From assembly GCA_965204535.1 (NCBI GenBank), contig CBDBEV010000001.1, forward strand, positions 1,984,001 to 2,048,000: DNA of 64,000 bases, written 5' to 3'. This DNA is from a bacterium. Lineage in GTDB: Bacteria; UBA8248. Positions 1 to 13,485 of the stretch are shown here, piece by piece. The notes beneath the pieces are model-generated. The model searched no databases. It saw nothing but the letters and a program-made list of their open reading frames with translations, and was not told the origin of the DNA. Within the stretch, counting starts at the first letter, position 1; each line of letters begins with the position of its first letter. The translations under genes were made by a program, and so were the position numbers.

Positions 1-1470
1 CAGCGGCGGGAGCGCTTCGTGGTGCGTCGTTGCTCTTTCGAACGCCGCCGCCGCTTGAAGAATCGTTTTTTCGGCAAATGGTTTCCCGACCAGTTGAAGC
101 CCTATCGGCAGTCCTCTTGAAGTGAATCCACAGGGCTGGCTGATGCCGGGAAGGCCGGCCAGGTTACACGGTATGGTCAGAATATCGGAGAGATACATGC
201 TGATGGGGTCGTCGAGGCGCTCACCGATCTCGAAAGCGGGAGTCGGCGCCGTGGCCGACAGCACCACGTCGACCTCCTCGAACGCGGTCTTGAAATCCTG
301 AGAAATCAGTGTGCGGACCCTTTGCGCTTTCGTATAAAAGGCGTCGTAATACCCGGAAGACAGCGCATAGGTACCCAGCATGATTCGGCGTTTCACTTCA
401 TCGCCGAAGCCGGTTTTTCGGCTGGCCGCATACATGCCGAACAAGGAACCGAATGTGGAATCCCCTTCCTTGCGCACGCCGTAGCGCACCCCGTCGTAAC
501 GCGCCAGATTGCTGCTCGCCTCCGCGGGGGCGAGGATGTAATAGACAGGCAGGGCGTATTCGGTATGAGGGAGAGAAATTTCGAGAATTTCCGCTCCTTG
601 TCTCTCGAAGACGGCAATCGCATCCTGAACCGCCGCCTCGACCTCGGGGTCCATCCCCTCGATAAAGTATTCTTCGGGAATACCTATCTTCAGACCCTGA
701 ACCCCGGCTTCGAGATTTTCCGTGTAATCGGGGACCGGCTCATCGGCCGAAGTGGAATCACGGGAGTCGTGACCGCTGACGGCGCCCAGCAAGACGGCGG
801 CGTCCCGGACATTTTTCGCAAACGGGCCGATCTGGTCGAGAGAACTGGCGAAGGCGATGAGCCCATAACGTGAGATGCGTCCGTAGGTGGGCTTCATGCC
901 CACGACGCCGCAGCAGGCGGCCGGCTGGCGTATGGAGCCCCCGGTATCCGAACCCAGCGAGACGACGCAGGAGCGCGCCGCGACGGCGGCGGCGGACCCG
1001 CCGCTGCTGCCTCCCGGAATGGTTTTCAGGTTCCATGGATTATGGGTCGGCCCGAACGCGCTTTGCTCGCACGACGAACCCATGGCGAATTCGTCCATGT
1101 TCAATTTGCCGAGGATGACCGCGCCCGCGTCCTTGAGCCGGGCCACGGCGGTGGCGTCGTACGGGGCTTCGAAATTCTCCAGGAACCGGGAAGCGCAAGT
1201 GGTCCTGGTACCCTTCATGCAGAGAAGGTCCTTGACAGCCACGGGGACTCCAAGGAGGGGAGAGTCATCGTCGCCGGCGCCGATTTTCTGATCGGCGGCG
1301 CGGGCGGCGCTTATGGCCTCGTCTTCGAGAACGCTCAAATAGGCATGCACCCTCGCTTCGGTTTCGTCGATGCGTTCGAGATAGGCCCTGGCCAGTTCCT
1401 CTGCGCTGAATTCCCTTGCTCTCAGGTTTTCTGCGATTTCCGCGACGCTCAGATAAAGCAACTCGTTCAT
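1..1470 (-). CDS. gatA: Asp/Glu-tRNA amidotransferase subunit A (3' end runs off the window edge)
   Basis: Manual translation from ATG at 1470 (RBS AGGAG): [12 protein letters not shown]...[13 protein letters not shown]...PGGSSGGS...[12 protein letters not shown] amidase signature. Missing from the ORF track because the stop lies outside the window. Confidence 0.95.
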   Translation of the reverse strand, partial: MNELLYLSVAEIAENLRAREFSAEELARAYLERIDETEARVHAYLSVLEDEAISAARAADQKIGAGDDDSPLLGVPVAVKDLLCMKGTRTTCASRFLENFEAPYDATAVARLKDAGAVILGKLNMDEFAMGSSCEQSAFGPTHNPWNLKTIPGGSSGGSAAAVAARSCVVSLGSDTGGSIRQPAACCGVVGMKPTYGRISRYGLIAFASSLDQIGPFAKNVRDAAVLLGAVSGHDSRDSTSADEPVPDYTENLEAGVQGLKIGIPEEYFIEGMDPEVEAAVQDAIAVFERQGAEILEISLPHTEYALPVYYILAPAEASSNLARYDGVRYGVRKEGDSTFGSLFGMYAASRKTGFGDEVKRRIMLGTYALSSGYYDAFYTKAQRVRTLISQDFKTAFEEVDVVLSATAPTPAFEIGERLDDPISMYLSDILTIPCNLAGLPGISQPCGFTSRGLPIGLQLVGKPFAEKTILQAAAAFERATTHHEALPPL

Positions 1471-1658
1471 TCGCACTCCTCGTCGATGTGTCCGTCAATA
1501 CGCATTGCTTCGAGAGAAAACACCAAGGGCGGACGGCTCGTCAAACCCGGCCCCACGTAATTTTCATCGGGGCATCGGCAAAAAGCCGCTCCCGGCACAG
1601 GAGGCCCGATATCCGATGCGGCTCTTTGCCCGCCTGGACCCGGGCTTCCTTTTTTTCT

Positions 1659-2411
1659 TCATCGGCACCGGAGCAGAAAAGTGGCGTAGCCGAGAAACTG
1701 CCTTCCACCGCCGTCGTGGTATATCTCGAGGTCTCGTTGCCATCTGTCGAGCGTATCCTGGGCTTCGAGCGAGTCCGCATATTCGAGCCGGTTCTCGATA
1801 ATGGCGCGGGCTTGCGGGGCAAGAAAGGTTTCCCAGGCGTTCTCCGATTCGTGTTCCACGAATTCGACGCCGTATCCCTGTTCCATAAAGTGGCCCCGGA
1901 ATTCCTCCACGTCAATCGGTTCGCAGGGAAGGTAGGCGTCGAGCCATCTCGCCAGCCGTTCGGAGTCGCCGTCTTCATCTTCGGGTTTCCAGACCAGGCC
2001 GGAGAAGGCGATCCATCCCCCGGGCTTCACTATCCGGGTCAAGCTCCTCAGCTTGCCCGTGCCGTTCGAGGGGTAAGCGGGTCCGCACAAAAGCGCCAGA
2101 TCGAAATAATCGTCATCGAAGGGAAAATCATCGCTCGAATGCGTCAGCAAGTCGATGAGATGGGACAGATCTTCGAACAGAATTCGCCGTCTTCCATCCT
2201 CCACGAACTCGGGGCGATCATCGAGGCCGATTGCCGAACATCCGAACATTCGCGCGAGCGAAATGACGCTCCCGCCCTTGCCGCACGATGCGTCGAAAAC
2301 CTGAAAATCCGCTGACAAGCCGATATGCTCGCCAATCTTTTTGAGCGTGCTTACCGAGATGGGAACGAGGAAATGATTGTGCTTGAAACGCTCGAACAGG
2401 TCGGGTTGCAT
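1659..2411 (-). CDS. Class I SAM-dependent methyltransferase
   Basis: VFDASCGKGG SAM-binding motif, FDDDYFDL, VKPGGWI. Start MQPDLF is probable; the ORF extends to 2555. Confidence 0.8.
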   Translation of the reverse strand: MQPDLFERFKHNHFLVPISVSTLKKIGEHIGLSADFQVFDASCGKGGSVISLARMFGCSAIGLDDRPEFVEDGRRRILFEDLSHLIDLLTHSSDDFPFDDDYFDLALLCGPAYPSNGTGKLRSLTRIVKPGGWIAFSGLVWKPEDEDGDSERLARWLDAYLPCEPIDVEEFRGHFMEQGYGVEFVEHESENAWETFLAPQARAIIENRLEYADSLEAQDTLDRWQRDLEIYHDGGGRQFLGYATFLLRCR

Positions 2412-2570
2412 GAAGCGGGCTTGAAAGAGAGCTAAAAAATCGAGAGGCCGATTAAATCGAGCATCAGGATAATCGTGCTCAAGCCCAGGATTCCACCAAT
2501 GATGAGGGCGAACAACCCGAAGAGTTTTCCGTATACCATGACTGCTTTCTCCCAACGATTAGAACAACGG

Positions 2571-3494
2571 CTATTTCTTTTTGCCTTTCCCCTTCGCGGA
2601 CGTCCCGGCAGGCTGCGACTTGCTGATCTGCATGAACACCTTGCCGTCCTTCAATACGGTAACACTTCCCGTCGACTCGCTGATAGCGAACGATATGGCC
2701 GTGCTCACTTCCGTTATACCCGCTCCGGCCATATGACGCGAACCCAGACCGGGGGGCAAATCATTCTCGGGCGCCGCGTTCAGGTGTCTCCCGGCGGCTT
2801 CGATGATCCCGTCTCCGCGAATGACGAATGCGCCGTCGATGGCGCTGAATTCCTTGATGGTCTCGCGCAGGGCCGGGTCCATGATGTTTCTCTGCTCTTC
2901 CGGGTATCCATGAAAGGGGTTGATGACGAGTTGGCGTGAATACTGCAGCACCAGATCATGGTCTCCCAGAACGAAAAGCGCGCCGCGGGGCTTTCCCTCC
3001 CGCCCTTCGGCGCCGAGTTCGAGAGCGAGCGACAAGACCGTCTCGAACACCTTCGGGTCTACGCCTTCAACGGCGCTTTGCGTTTCCGACGTCTGGAGCA
3101 TTTCTTTTTCGCGATCCAGATGAAAGACCATGAGCGTGTCGATTTCTTCGTTCTCGGGCAAGCCCGAAAGGCAAACCACGGTGTCGTTCTGGGTGATGGA
3201 GCCTTCGCTCAAGGCGATCACGACGCCCATCTTGATGATGTCGATCCGGTTCAGGGACAAGGCGGGCAATTGCATGACCTTGCAACCCCGCTTTTCCAGT
3301 TCCTCGTAGAGGTCGGGGGAGCAGGTGGTGGTGAAATGCTCCACGCCGACGGGGAGGTCCATCAAGGCGTCCAGATCCTTCATCGCGTCCGCATGAATGA
3401 AAACGGCCTTGGCTTCGAGTTCGTTGCAGATTTGCGAAGCCGCGGCGATGATGCTTTCGCTGAGGCCGGCTTGTTTTTCGGCCGCTTCTCTCAC
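2571..3494 (-). CDS. Diadenylate cyclase (DAC/DisA_N domain) with pyruvate-kinase-C-like N-terminus, DacZ-like
   Basis: EGREGKPRGALF, IDGAF (DGA motif), GLGSRH, AISESTG. Confidence 0.85.
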   Translation of the reverse strand: MREAAEKQAGLSESIIAAASQICNELEAKAVFIHADAMKDLDALMDLPVGVEHFTTTCSPDLYEELEKRGCKVMQLPALSLNRIDIIKMGVVIALSEGSITQNDTVVCLSGLPENEEIDTLMVFHLDREKEMLQTSETQSAVEGVDPKVFETVLSLALELGAEGREGKPRGALFVLGDHDLVLQYSRQLVINPFHGYPEEQRNIMDPALRETIKEFSAIDGAFVIRGDGIIEAAGRHLNAAPENDLPPGLGSRHMAGAGITEVSTAISFAISESTGSVTVLKDGKVFMQISKSQPAGTSAKGKGKKK

Positions 3495-3496
3495 CC

Positions 3497-4969
3497 TTAT
3501 CCCTTTCCTTCCAGCGCCACGTAGAACGTCGTGCCCCGCCGCTCGACCACCAGCAGATTTCCCTTGTTTTTTCCTTTTTTCAACGCTTCCCGCAACTGTT
3601 CCGTATCGGCGATCGCCTTGCGGTTGGCCTCGATGATGACGTCGCCCCGGCGCAGACCGGCCAGGGCCGCGGGGCTGTCGGGCATTACGTTGGTGATGAC
3701 GACGCCCTTCTTCGCTTTCGCCCCGACTTGCTTTTTGACCTCGGGCGTCAGTTTTTGCCCCTCGATGCCCAGATCCTTCTGGAGCGTGGGTTTCGTCGCT
3801 TTCGCCATTTCTTCTTTCGAACCGGGCAGCCTGGCGACTTTCAGCTTGACCTCGCGTTTTGCGCCGTCCCGAATGATGCCGACTTCGGCGGTGGAGCCCG
3901 GCTTCAAGTCGGCTGCGGTCATGGAGAGTTGACGGGGAGTTTTGATTTTTTTCTCGTTGATGCTTACGATCACGTCGCCTCTTTTGATGCCGGCTTTTTC
4001 CGCGGGCGCGTTTTCAATCACATTGGAGACCAAAGCGCCGTGCGTATCCTTCAGGCCCAATCCCTTCGCCAGACTCTCGTTGACGGGTTGAATGGACACG
4101 CCCAGGAATCCGCGGGTCACCACGCCCGTGCGAAGCTGGGGGAGCAGCTTCTTGGCCATGTTGATCGGTATGGCGAAACCGATGCCGATATTTCCGCCGC
4201 TTCTGCTGAAAATGGCGGTGTTGATGCCCACGACGTTTCCGTTCAAATCGAAGAGGGGCCCGCCGCTGTTTCCCGGATTGATGGAGGCGTCGGTTTGAAT
4301 GAAGTCGTCGAACCGGCCCGATCCGATGACGCGCCCCTTGGCGCTCACGATCCCGGCCGTCACCGTGTGGGATAATCCGAACGGATTTCCGATGGCCATC
4401 ACCCAGTCCCCCACGCGAAGTTTTTCGCTGTCCCCGAGCTTGAGCGCGGTGAACGTATCTCCGGGTTTCGTTTCTATCTGGAGCAGCGCGATGTCGGTTT
4501 GGGAATCTCGGCCCACGACTTTCGCTTTTCGCTTCTTCTGATCCTGGAAGCGGATCGTGATTCGGGACGCTTTTTCGACGACGTGGTTGTTGGTGAGGAT
4601 CAGGCCCTTCTCGCTCACGATAAAGCCCGACCCCTGGCTCTGCTGTCTGGGCCGCGGCCGCGAACGGCCGCGAGGCCCGGGGCCGAAGGGGCCTTCATGG
4701 AAACGCCGGAAAAATTCGTTCCACATATCGCCGGGAAATCCCGGGAACTGGCTTCCCGAACTCGCTTCCACCCTCGTTTCCGTGCTGATGTTCACCACCG
4801 AGGGGCTGAGTTTTTCGACCAGTCCGGCCAGGGACGGTAGTTTCCCTGCACTGACTGCGGATTGGGCGTTCATCGGCGCGAAAAACAGGGCCAGACCCAG
4901 GAACGTCGCGACGAGAACGCAGGTGGAACGCACCGATTTGAATTTTGGAAGATAAAGAGTATTCCGCAT
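3497..4969 (-). CDS. degP: DegP/HtrA serine protease with two PDZ domains
   Basis: TNNHVV, TDIAL, IQTDASINPGNSGGPL; signal peptide after MRNTLY. Confidence 0.92.
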   Translation of the reverse strand: MRNTLYLPKFKSVRSTCVLVATFLGLALFFAPMNAQSAVSAGKLPSLAGLVEKLSPSVVNISTETRVEASSGSQFPGFPGDMWNEFFRRFHEGPFGPGPRGRSRPRPRQQSQGSGFIVSEKGLILTNNHVVEKASRITIRFQDQKKRKAKVVGRDSQTDIALLQIETKPGDTFTALKLGDSEKLRVGDWVMAIGNPFGLSHTVTAGIVSAKGRVIGSGRFDDFIQTDASINPGNSGGPLFDLNGNVVGINTAIFSRSGGNIGIGFAIPINMAKKLLPQLRTGVVTRGFLGVSIQPVNESLAKGLGLKDTHGALVSNVIENAPAEKAGIKRGDVIVSINEKKIKTPRQLSMTAADLKPGSTAEVGIIRDGAKREVKLKVARLPGSKEEMAKATKPTLQKDLGIEGQKLTPEVKKQVGAKAKKGVVITNVMPDSPAALAGLRRGDVIIEANRKAIADTEQLREALKKGKNKGNLLVVERRGTTFYVALEGKG

Positions 4970-5234
4970 TTTTCCCCTTCTCCATACATCAAATGCGACG
5001 GCGGCGACAAACACCACATCACTGGTTTTAGATATACCAAAGTTCCATCCATGTGAAAATCGACAAATAGCTGAAAAAAGCTTGATTATCGCTTTCATCC
5101 TGGTTGGTGCGGATGAAAAGGAGCGATTCCCCGCTGTTCGCATCGACGCGGGGCGGGTGGAGGGATATTCTCCCCATGGCCTGAACGAATCCGCCGAAGC
5201 TCCGCCATGGCGACTTTCTTGAAACGATGAGCGT

Positions 5235-6110
5235 ATGAGTCTTGAATCCCAAACCATTTTACTCGCCATTTCGGCGGCTTTCGTGAGCGCGGCGACGAAC
5301 ATCACCTTCGCGCCCGCCTTGCGGCAGATGGGTTCGTTCGCGCTCGCCCAGTTCAACAACCTGGGCAACACCCTCATGCTGGGGGCCATCGGTTTCTGGC
5401 TCTACGAGCCGGGCAGTTTCCGCTGGGAGGCGTTCGCCTGGTTCGGCGTTCTGGGCGTGATGAACTACAGCATCAACCGCTGGGTCTTCTACACCGGCAT
5501 GAACATCGTCGGCCCCGCGCGCCACATCACCATCACGAGCATGGTCCCGCTTCCCAGCCTGATTCTGGCCGTCGTCTTCCTGGGAGAAGAACCCGGCCGG
5601 TGGGTGGTGCTCGGCACGGTTCTCGTCGTCTTCGGCATCGCCGCCGTGAGCTATGAGCCCTCGGGCGGCAGATGGTTCCGCGCAGGCATCGGCTGGTCGC
5701 TCATGAGCATGCTCATGCTGGTCGCAAGCGCCTTCATGCGCAAGCAGGGCATGTCGTACATGGCGGCGCCCGCCCTGCTGACCGCGTGGTCGGCCATGGT
5801 CGCCATCCCGACTTCCGAGGCCTTCCGGCATTTTCTCCCGAAGCGGTATTTCGAGTGGGGGTCGAAGCGCTATCTTCCGCTGCTGGTTTTCGGAACGATC
5901 ATCAACGGGCTGATGCAGATACTCATCAACCTCTCGCTCAAGGGAAAGCTCTCGCTGGCGGTTCCCATCCTGAGCAGCACGCCGATTTTCGCCCTGTGCC
6001 TCTCGGCCTTGTTTCTGCGAAACATCGAACGCCTGAACGCGCGCGTGGTGTTCGGCGTACTCATCGCCGTGTTGGGCATCGTGGCGGTGAGCATCGGCCG
6101 GCACGGCTGA
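5235..6110 (+). CDS. DMT/EamA family transporter
   Basis: About 10 TM helices in two EamA repeats (FLGEEPG). Confidence 0.85.
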   Translation: MSLESQTILLAISAAFVSAATNITFAPALRQMGSFALAQFNNLGNTLMLGAIGFWLYEPGSFRWEAFAWFGVLGVMNYSINRWVFYTGMNIVGPARHITITSMVPLPSLILAVVFLGEEPGRWVVLGTVLVVFGIAAVSYEPSGGRWFRAGIGWSLMSMLMLVASAFMRKQGMSYMAAPALLTAWSAMVAIPTSEAFRHFLPKRYFEWGSKRYLPLLVFGTIINGLMQILINLSLKGKLSLAVPILSSTPIFALCLSALFLRNIERLNARVVFGVLIAVLGIVAVSIGRHG

Positions 6111-6117
6111 TCCGGCC

Positions 6118-6987
6118 ATGGACAACACGATGGGAATCCTCTGGGCGCTGGCCGCGGCGATCATGGCGGCGTTCACGGGCGTTCTCGCCGCGCGGCCCTT
6201 GCGGCACATGGGCCTGATGTCCGCGACCCTGCTCACCAACGTCTTCAACATGCTCGTTCTGGCCCTTTTCGGCTGGTGGGAATACGACCCCGCCGACGTG
6301 ACGGTGGAGGGCATGCTCTGGTTCGCCCTGTTGGGCGTCACCGCCTACAGCTACGGGCGGCTGGTGTATTACAAGGCGATTGACTCCATCGGCCCGCCCC
6401 GGCTGATGACGCTCATGAGCACGTCCCCGCTGCTCAGCCTGTCCCTGGCCGTCCTGTTCCTGGGCGAGCAACCCGGCCCGGCCGTTCTGGCGGGCACGGG
6501 CCTCGTGGTGGCGGGCGTCATTCTGGTGAGCTACGAACCCGCCAGGGGGCGCTGGTTCCAGCCGGCGATTCTCTGGGGTTTCGCGAGCGCTATATCGCTC
6601 GGCGTGAGCGTGTTCATCCGCAAGAAGGGCCTGGACGCCATGCCGAACGTCGCCCTCACGGTGGCGTGGTCGAACATGGTGAGCATCCCCATCATCTACA
6701 GCTTGAGATACATCTCCCCGCCCGCGCTGTTCGACTGGGGCCCGCGCTGGGCGGTGGTGACGATCATCGCGGTCGGCGTGCTGAACTCGGGCAACCAGCT
6801 CCTCTACAACCTCGCCATCATCAACGCCGAGGTCAGCGTCGTCGGCCCCATCATCGCCTCCATGCCGATCTTCTCCGTGGTTTTCACCGTCCTCATGCTG
6901 CGCGACATGACGCGCGTGCGGCCCCGCCTCGTCGCGGGCGTATGCGTCACCGTGGCGGGCATGATCGCCGTCGCGCTGGGGCGTTGA
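6118..6987 (+). CDS. DMT/EamA family transporter (tandem paralog)
   Basis: Same architecture; shares SYEP..GRWF with the upstream gene. Confidence 0.85.
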   Translation: MDNTMGILWALAAAIMAAFTGVLAARPLRHMGLMSATLLTNVFNMLVLALFGWWEYDPADVTVEGMLWFALLGVTAYSYGRLVYYKAIDSIGPPRLMTLMSTSPLLSLSLAVLFLGEQPGPAVLAGTGLVVAGVILVSYEPARGRWFQPAILWGFASAISLGVSVFIRKKGLDAMPNVALTVAWSNMVSIPIIYSLRYISPPALFDWGPRWAVVTIIAVGVLNSGNQLLYNLAIINAEVSVVGPIIASMPIFSVVFTVLMLRDMTRVRPRLVAGVCVTVAGMIAVALGR

Positions 6988-7010
6988 GGGGTGGAACTCT
7001 CAGCGCGCGT

Positions 7011-10148
<3,138 letters not shown>

Positions 10149-10463
10149 TGGGTCCTCTGGGCATGGAACCGGGGCCGCCTCGCGTATCAGCCCCTCCGTT
10201 CTCTACAATCTTACCGGACGCCTGGGTTCCTCGTGGCGTTCATTCCCAAGCGCCGAACGTATGACTCAACCGGAGATGAAGCATGAGGGATTCGCGTCTT
10301 TCTTGCAATCAGCGGGTGATGTTCGTTTGAAATTTCTCGAAAGTCTGCTTCGCTGTTTCGCGCACAGCATGTCAAGACCGGTTTCCGGGGCCATATCCGA
10401 CGCGCTTGCCGATGCTTTCGGGCTGGGCGACGGCCGATTCGACCTTGGATTCATAGAAGGCTT

Positions 10464-11465
10464 TTATGGGGAGACGCGAAAGACTTTCAGCTCATGGTTT
10501 TCTACTTCCACCATTTCGAGGTTTTCTCTTTGGAAGAAGTCAGATAAGGCTTGAAAAAACTCATCCATGTTTTCTAAACCAACGATACCTGACAATTCAC
10601 GGCCGGAGCGAGTCAGAGCAACCCCCGTCAGCCTCAATTCTTGATTTAGATCACGCTCGCTGGTAGGGGGCAAAATCCAGTATCGGCCCTGAAAGCGGAA
10701 AGGCATGCGCATCAACTGAGGTGGCTTGCCAAATTCAAGTCCTATGCTCATCTTATAATTATACCAAGAATTGTAATCAGATATTATTAGCCCATGTTCG
10801 TTGAGACGGTTAAGTGCGTCGAAATTCAGGCCATACGTGTCCAGAGAGTTAGTTGCTGCGTTACCGCCAAGAGAAGGCACTCTGGCATCCACAAGTGTCT
10901 TTCCATCTGGGCTGAAGAACACACAGGCTGAGCAGAATCTTCTGAATAGGTGTGCGGTAGCCTGGTCAAGGTTCTTCAAGATGCCCAGCGTGCGAATGGA
11001 TGTGCTTTCCTTCCGCTCAACTTCGCCGGCGAGGATTTTCGCCCACAAAGATTGCATCTCTTCCGACGACACGTCCTGCACATCGCTGAAAAAACGGGCC
11101 GTCCAATCGTGATCTGGCTCCGTATCCGGAACGCTTTTTTCGCCGAGTTGCTCGGCCGCTTTTTCCACTACAGACTTGATATTCAATTGTCTTTTTTGTT
11201 CTTGAAACAAGATCCTCTGGTTTACAGATTCCGCAATGTTCAATTCACCAGCGAAGTTCTTATCCTCGGATACTAGAATTTCTCGTGCTTTCGTCTGAGC
11301 CTCGGCTTGAATTAGCAGGACATTGGCATCTCCATGAGCGGCTATCTCTTTTGCTTTAGCTTCTCGCCGGGCCATCCAAGGCGCTAACATCGAACCCGCG
11401 ACACTACCTATACCGCTAGCAACATAGTCCAACAGTTTTTCAAGCGCCTTAACATTCAGATCCAA
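10464..11465 (-). CDS. DUF2806-like protein
   Basis: DWTARFFSDVQDVSSEEMQSLWAKILAGEV...SIRTL motif; TTG start after GGAGG; lower GC than its neighbours. Confidence 0.7.
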   Translation of the reverse strand: MDLNVKALEKLLDYVASGIGSVAGSMLAPWMARREAKAKEIAAHGDANVLLIQAEAQTKAREILVSEDKNFAGELNIAESVNQRILFQEQKRQLNIKSVVEKAAEQLGEKSVPDTEPDHDWTARFFSDVQDVSSEEMQSLWAKILAGEVERKESTSIRTLGILKNLDQATAHLFRRFCSACVFFSPDGKTLVDARVPSLGGNAATNSLDTYGLNFDALNRLNEHGLIISDYNSWYNYKMSIGLEFGKPPQLMRMPFRFQGRYWILPPTSERDLNQELRLTGVALTRSGRELSGIVGLENMDEFFQALSDFFQRENLEMVEVENHELKVFRVSP

Positions 11466-11469
11466 AGTT

Positions 11470-13056
11470 TTAACCTCCCTCTCGGCTTCTAATACGCAAC
11501 TCCCCCGACACCAGCTTCGGAAGCAGTGCATCCCGCAGAGCGACGAGGGCGCGAGATTCTGCGGTATTGGCTCTGATTCTCTTATCTAGCGGCGAAGCGT
11601 ATGAATCGAATGCACCAACAACGTTAGGTTTTGATTCAATTGTTTGTAAGGCTTCAAACTGACCTTTGTTGATAGCGCCGAATACTGTCCCGGTATGCTC
11701 ATAATCTTGAAGTAACCCCTGAAGCATATTTGCAGAATAATAGCTTAATGATTTTGAGCCTGATTTATGTCTAAGTGCCGCCACCCCTCGACCGATGCAA
11801 CATTTCTCCCAAGCCAAGTTGATGTCCCCTACGGGTGCGCGCACGCTGACGAGAGTATCTCCAGGCTGCGCGATACGGGTCGGAGCAGTGCAAAACTTTC
11901 GATTTTCAGGATAACGGAATCCAAAATCAGTCCGGCCTTGGAAGAAAGGCAAGCCGTCACCATCTTCATTGTAAGTGCTACCTGGCGGAGATTGCCCCAT
12001 CGTAAGGTTGAAGCACTCTCCAAGTGCCTTCACCTCCCACCCCTCCGGTATCTCTCCCAATTCAGATTCCACCAGCCGGTCGGGGAAGAGGTCGGCGATG
12101 TGTTCGGGTAGGCCGGTGTCGCGGCCTTCCATCTTGGCGCGGACGGGGTCGAAATCGACGAACCATGACTTGAACAGCGCGCGGGCCATCGCCTCCAGCG
12201 TCTCGTTCATGCGTCGGTTCAGTTCGATCTTGTCGTCCAGCGTTCCGAGGATGTGCGCGATAGCGCGTTGTTCGTTTTTGTTCTTCGGAGCTCTCAAAGG
12301 CGCGGCCGTCATCGTGGAGGCGCTTGCGTTCGGCTGAGCGGATTTGTCCCCAAGGACACCGCGAATGTATTCCCAAAAATCATTAGACTTCAGGAAATAT
12401 GCGAGGAACCGCGCATCATAGTCAGGTTTTGCCTGTAACCTCACCAAGTAAGATGCGAACAAGGCAAGGGGAGGGTTCTTCACGTACATACTTGCCCCGG
12501 TTGATGCGCCTGTTCGCGCTATAACAATATCACCCTCATGAAGTTGATATTTCGATACAAGTTCATCATCAACTACGACATGGGGTACTTTTTGCCAGTC
12601 GATGTGTCCGGAAACAATATCCGTGATTCGAAGAAAGCGAGGTCCGGTTTCTCCGTTGGAAGCAGAGGCGGTAAGTCCATAATCAATTGAGCTACAGGCA
12701 TCAGCGAGTGTGCATTCAATCCACCCATCCACCTCACCCCGCTCTTCCTTCTCCACCAACACCACATGCTCTGCTTCGATCCGCTCGCGGAACTGCTCGG
12801 GTATGCCGTCCCAGACAAACAGGTCCACCCGAAAGGGCAGGCTGCTTTCCTCGAAGGCATCCCTGAGATCGGAAACCCGGCGTTCCTGCGCAGGCGTCGT
12901 GAAGACTACCAGGTCGAGGTCGGATTCCGGGCGCGCCGTCCACTTGACGCGGGAGCCGTAGACCCAGGCTGTAGTTCCGGGCAGGTCTCGTTCGAGCAGC
13001 GCCAATAAGGTTTTGCGCTGCTCCGTGGTAATGTCGATGGGTCGGTCTAGTCCCAT
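11470..13056 (-). CDS. hsdS: Type I R-M specificity subunit with N-terminal MNT nucleotidyltransferase domain
   Basis: First ~100 aa contain GSRVKWTARPESDLD (GSX10DXD); then two TRDs with conserved spacers EQRAIAHILGTLDDKIELNRRMNETLEAMARALFKSWF and LRDALLPKLVSGE. Confidence 0.92.
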   Translation of the reverse strand: MGLDRPIDITTEQRKTLLALLERDLPGTTAWVYGSRVKWTARPESDLDLVVFTTPAQERRVSDLRDAFEESSLPFRVDLFVWDGIPEQFRERIEAEHVVLVEKEERGEVDGWIECTLADACSSIDYGLTASASNGETGPRFLRITDIVSGHIDWQKVPHVVVDDELVSKYQLHEGDIVIARTGASTGASMYVKNPPLALFASYLVRLQAKPDYDARFLAYFLKSNDFWEYIRGVLGDKSAQPNASASTMTAAPLRAPKNKNEQRAIAHILGTLDDKIELNRRMNETLEAMARALFKSWFVDFDPVRAKMEGRDTGLPEHIADLFPDRLVESELGEIPEGWEVKALGECFNLTMGQSPPGSTYNEDGDGLPFFQGRTDFGFRYPENRKFCTAPTRIAQPGDTLVSVRAPVGDINLAWEKCCIGRGVAALRHKSGSKSLSYYSANMLQGLLQDYEHTGTVFGAINKGQFEALQTIESKPNVVGAFDSYASPLDKRIRANTAESRALVALRDALLPKLVSGELRIRSREGG

Positions 13057-13463
13057 GTTTCCTCGCTCATCGTCTGGTAGAGGTCGATGGCGTCGTCGAT
13101 GAAGCCGCCCATGAGTTTCAGGCAGGCTTGCGCCTTCTCACCGCTGTAGTCGTGTGACGTACTGATCCGGGCATCGGCGTAGCGTATCCATTCCTCCATC
13201 GGCGCGGCGAACAGGCCGTTCTGATGAGCGAATCTGAAAACGCCTTTGGGGCTGTTGGGGGTATCCGCGATGCCCAGCGCCTCGATCAGGTATCGTCTCA
13301 AGACCTTCCACAGGCAGTCATAACAGGTCTCGAAACGTTGTATGACCGATTCGGCGATAGCCTCCTGGGTCAGAGCGGGCAGGGAATCGTCGAGTTCTCG
13401 ATAATTTCCGTATTGTTCCTCTAGCCGCTTGAGCGACATCTGGAATTTGTCGTATTCGATCAT
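13047..13463 (-). CDS. HEPN protein, HI0074/nucleotidyltransferase substrate-binding family (HepT-like toxin)
   Basis: IQRFETCYD..WK, SPKGVFR, RISTSHDY (RX4HXY); overlaps the MNT-hsdS start. Confidence 0.85.
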   Translation of the reverse strand: MIEYDKFQMSLKRLEEQYGNYRELDDSLPALTQEAIAESVIQRFETCYDCLWKVLRRYLIEALGIADTPNSPKGVFRFAHQNGLFAAPMEEWIRYADARISTSHDYSGEKAQACLKLMGGFIDDAIDLYQTMSEETWD

Positions 13464-13485
13464 GCTCCCCCTCCGGTTGGGACCA

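Noticed and set aside
1471-1658. gatC upstream of gatA
   Set aside because: The gap is too short and has no GatC-like frame; gatC is presumably elsewhere
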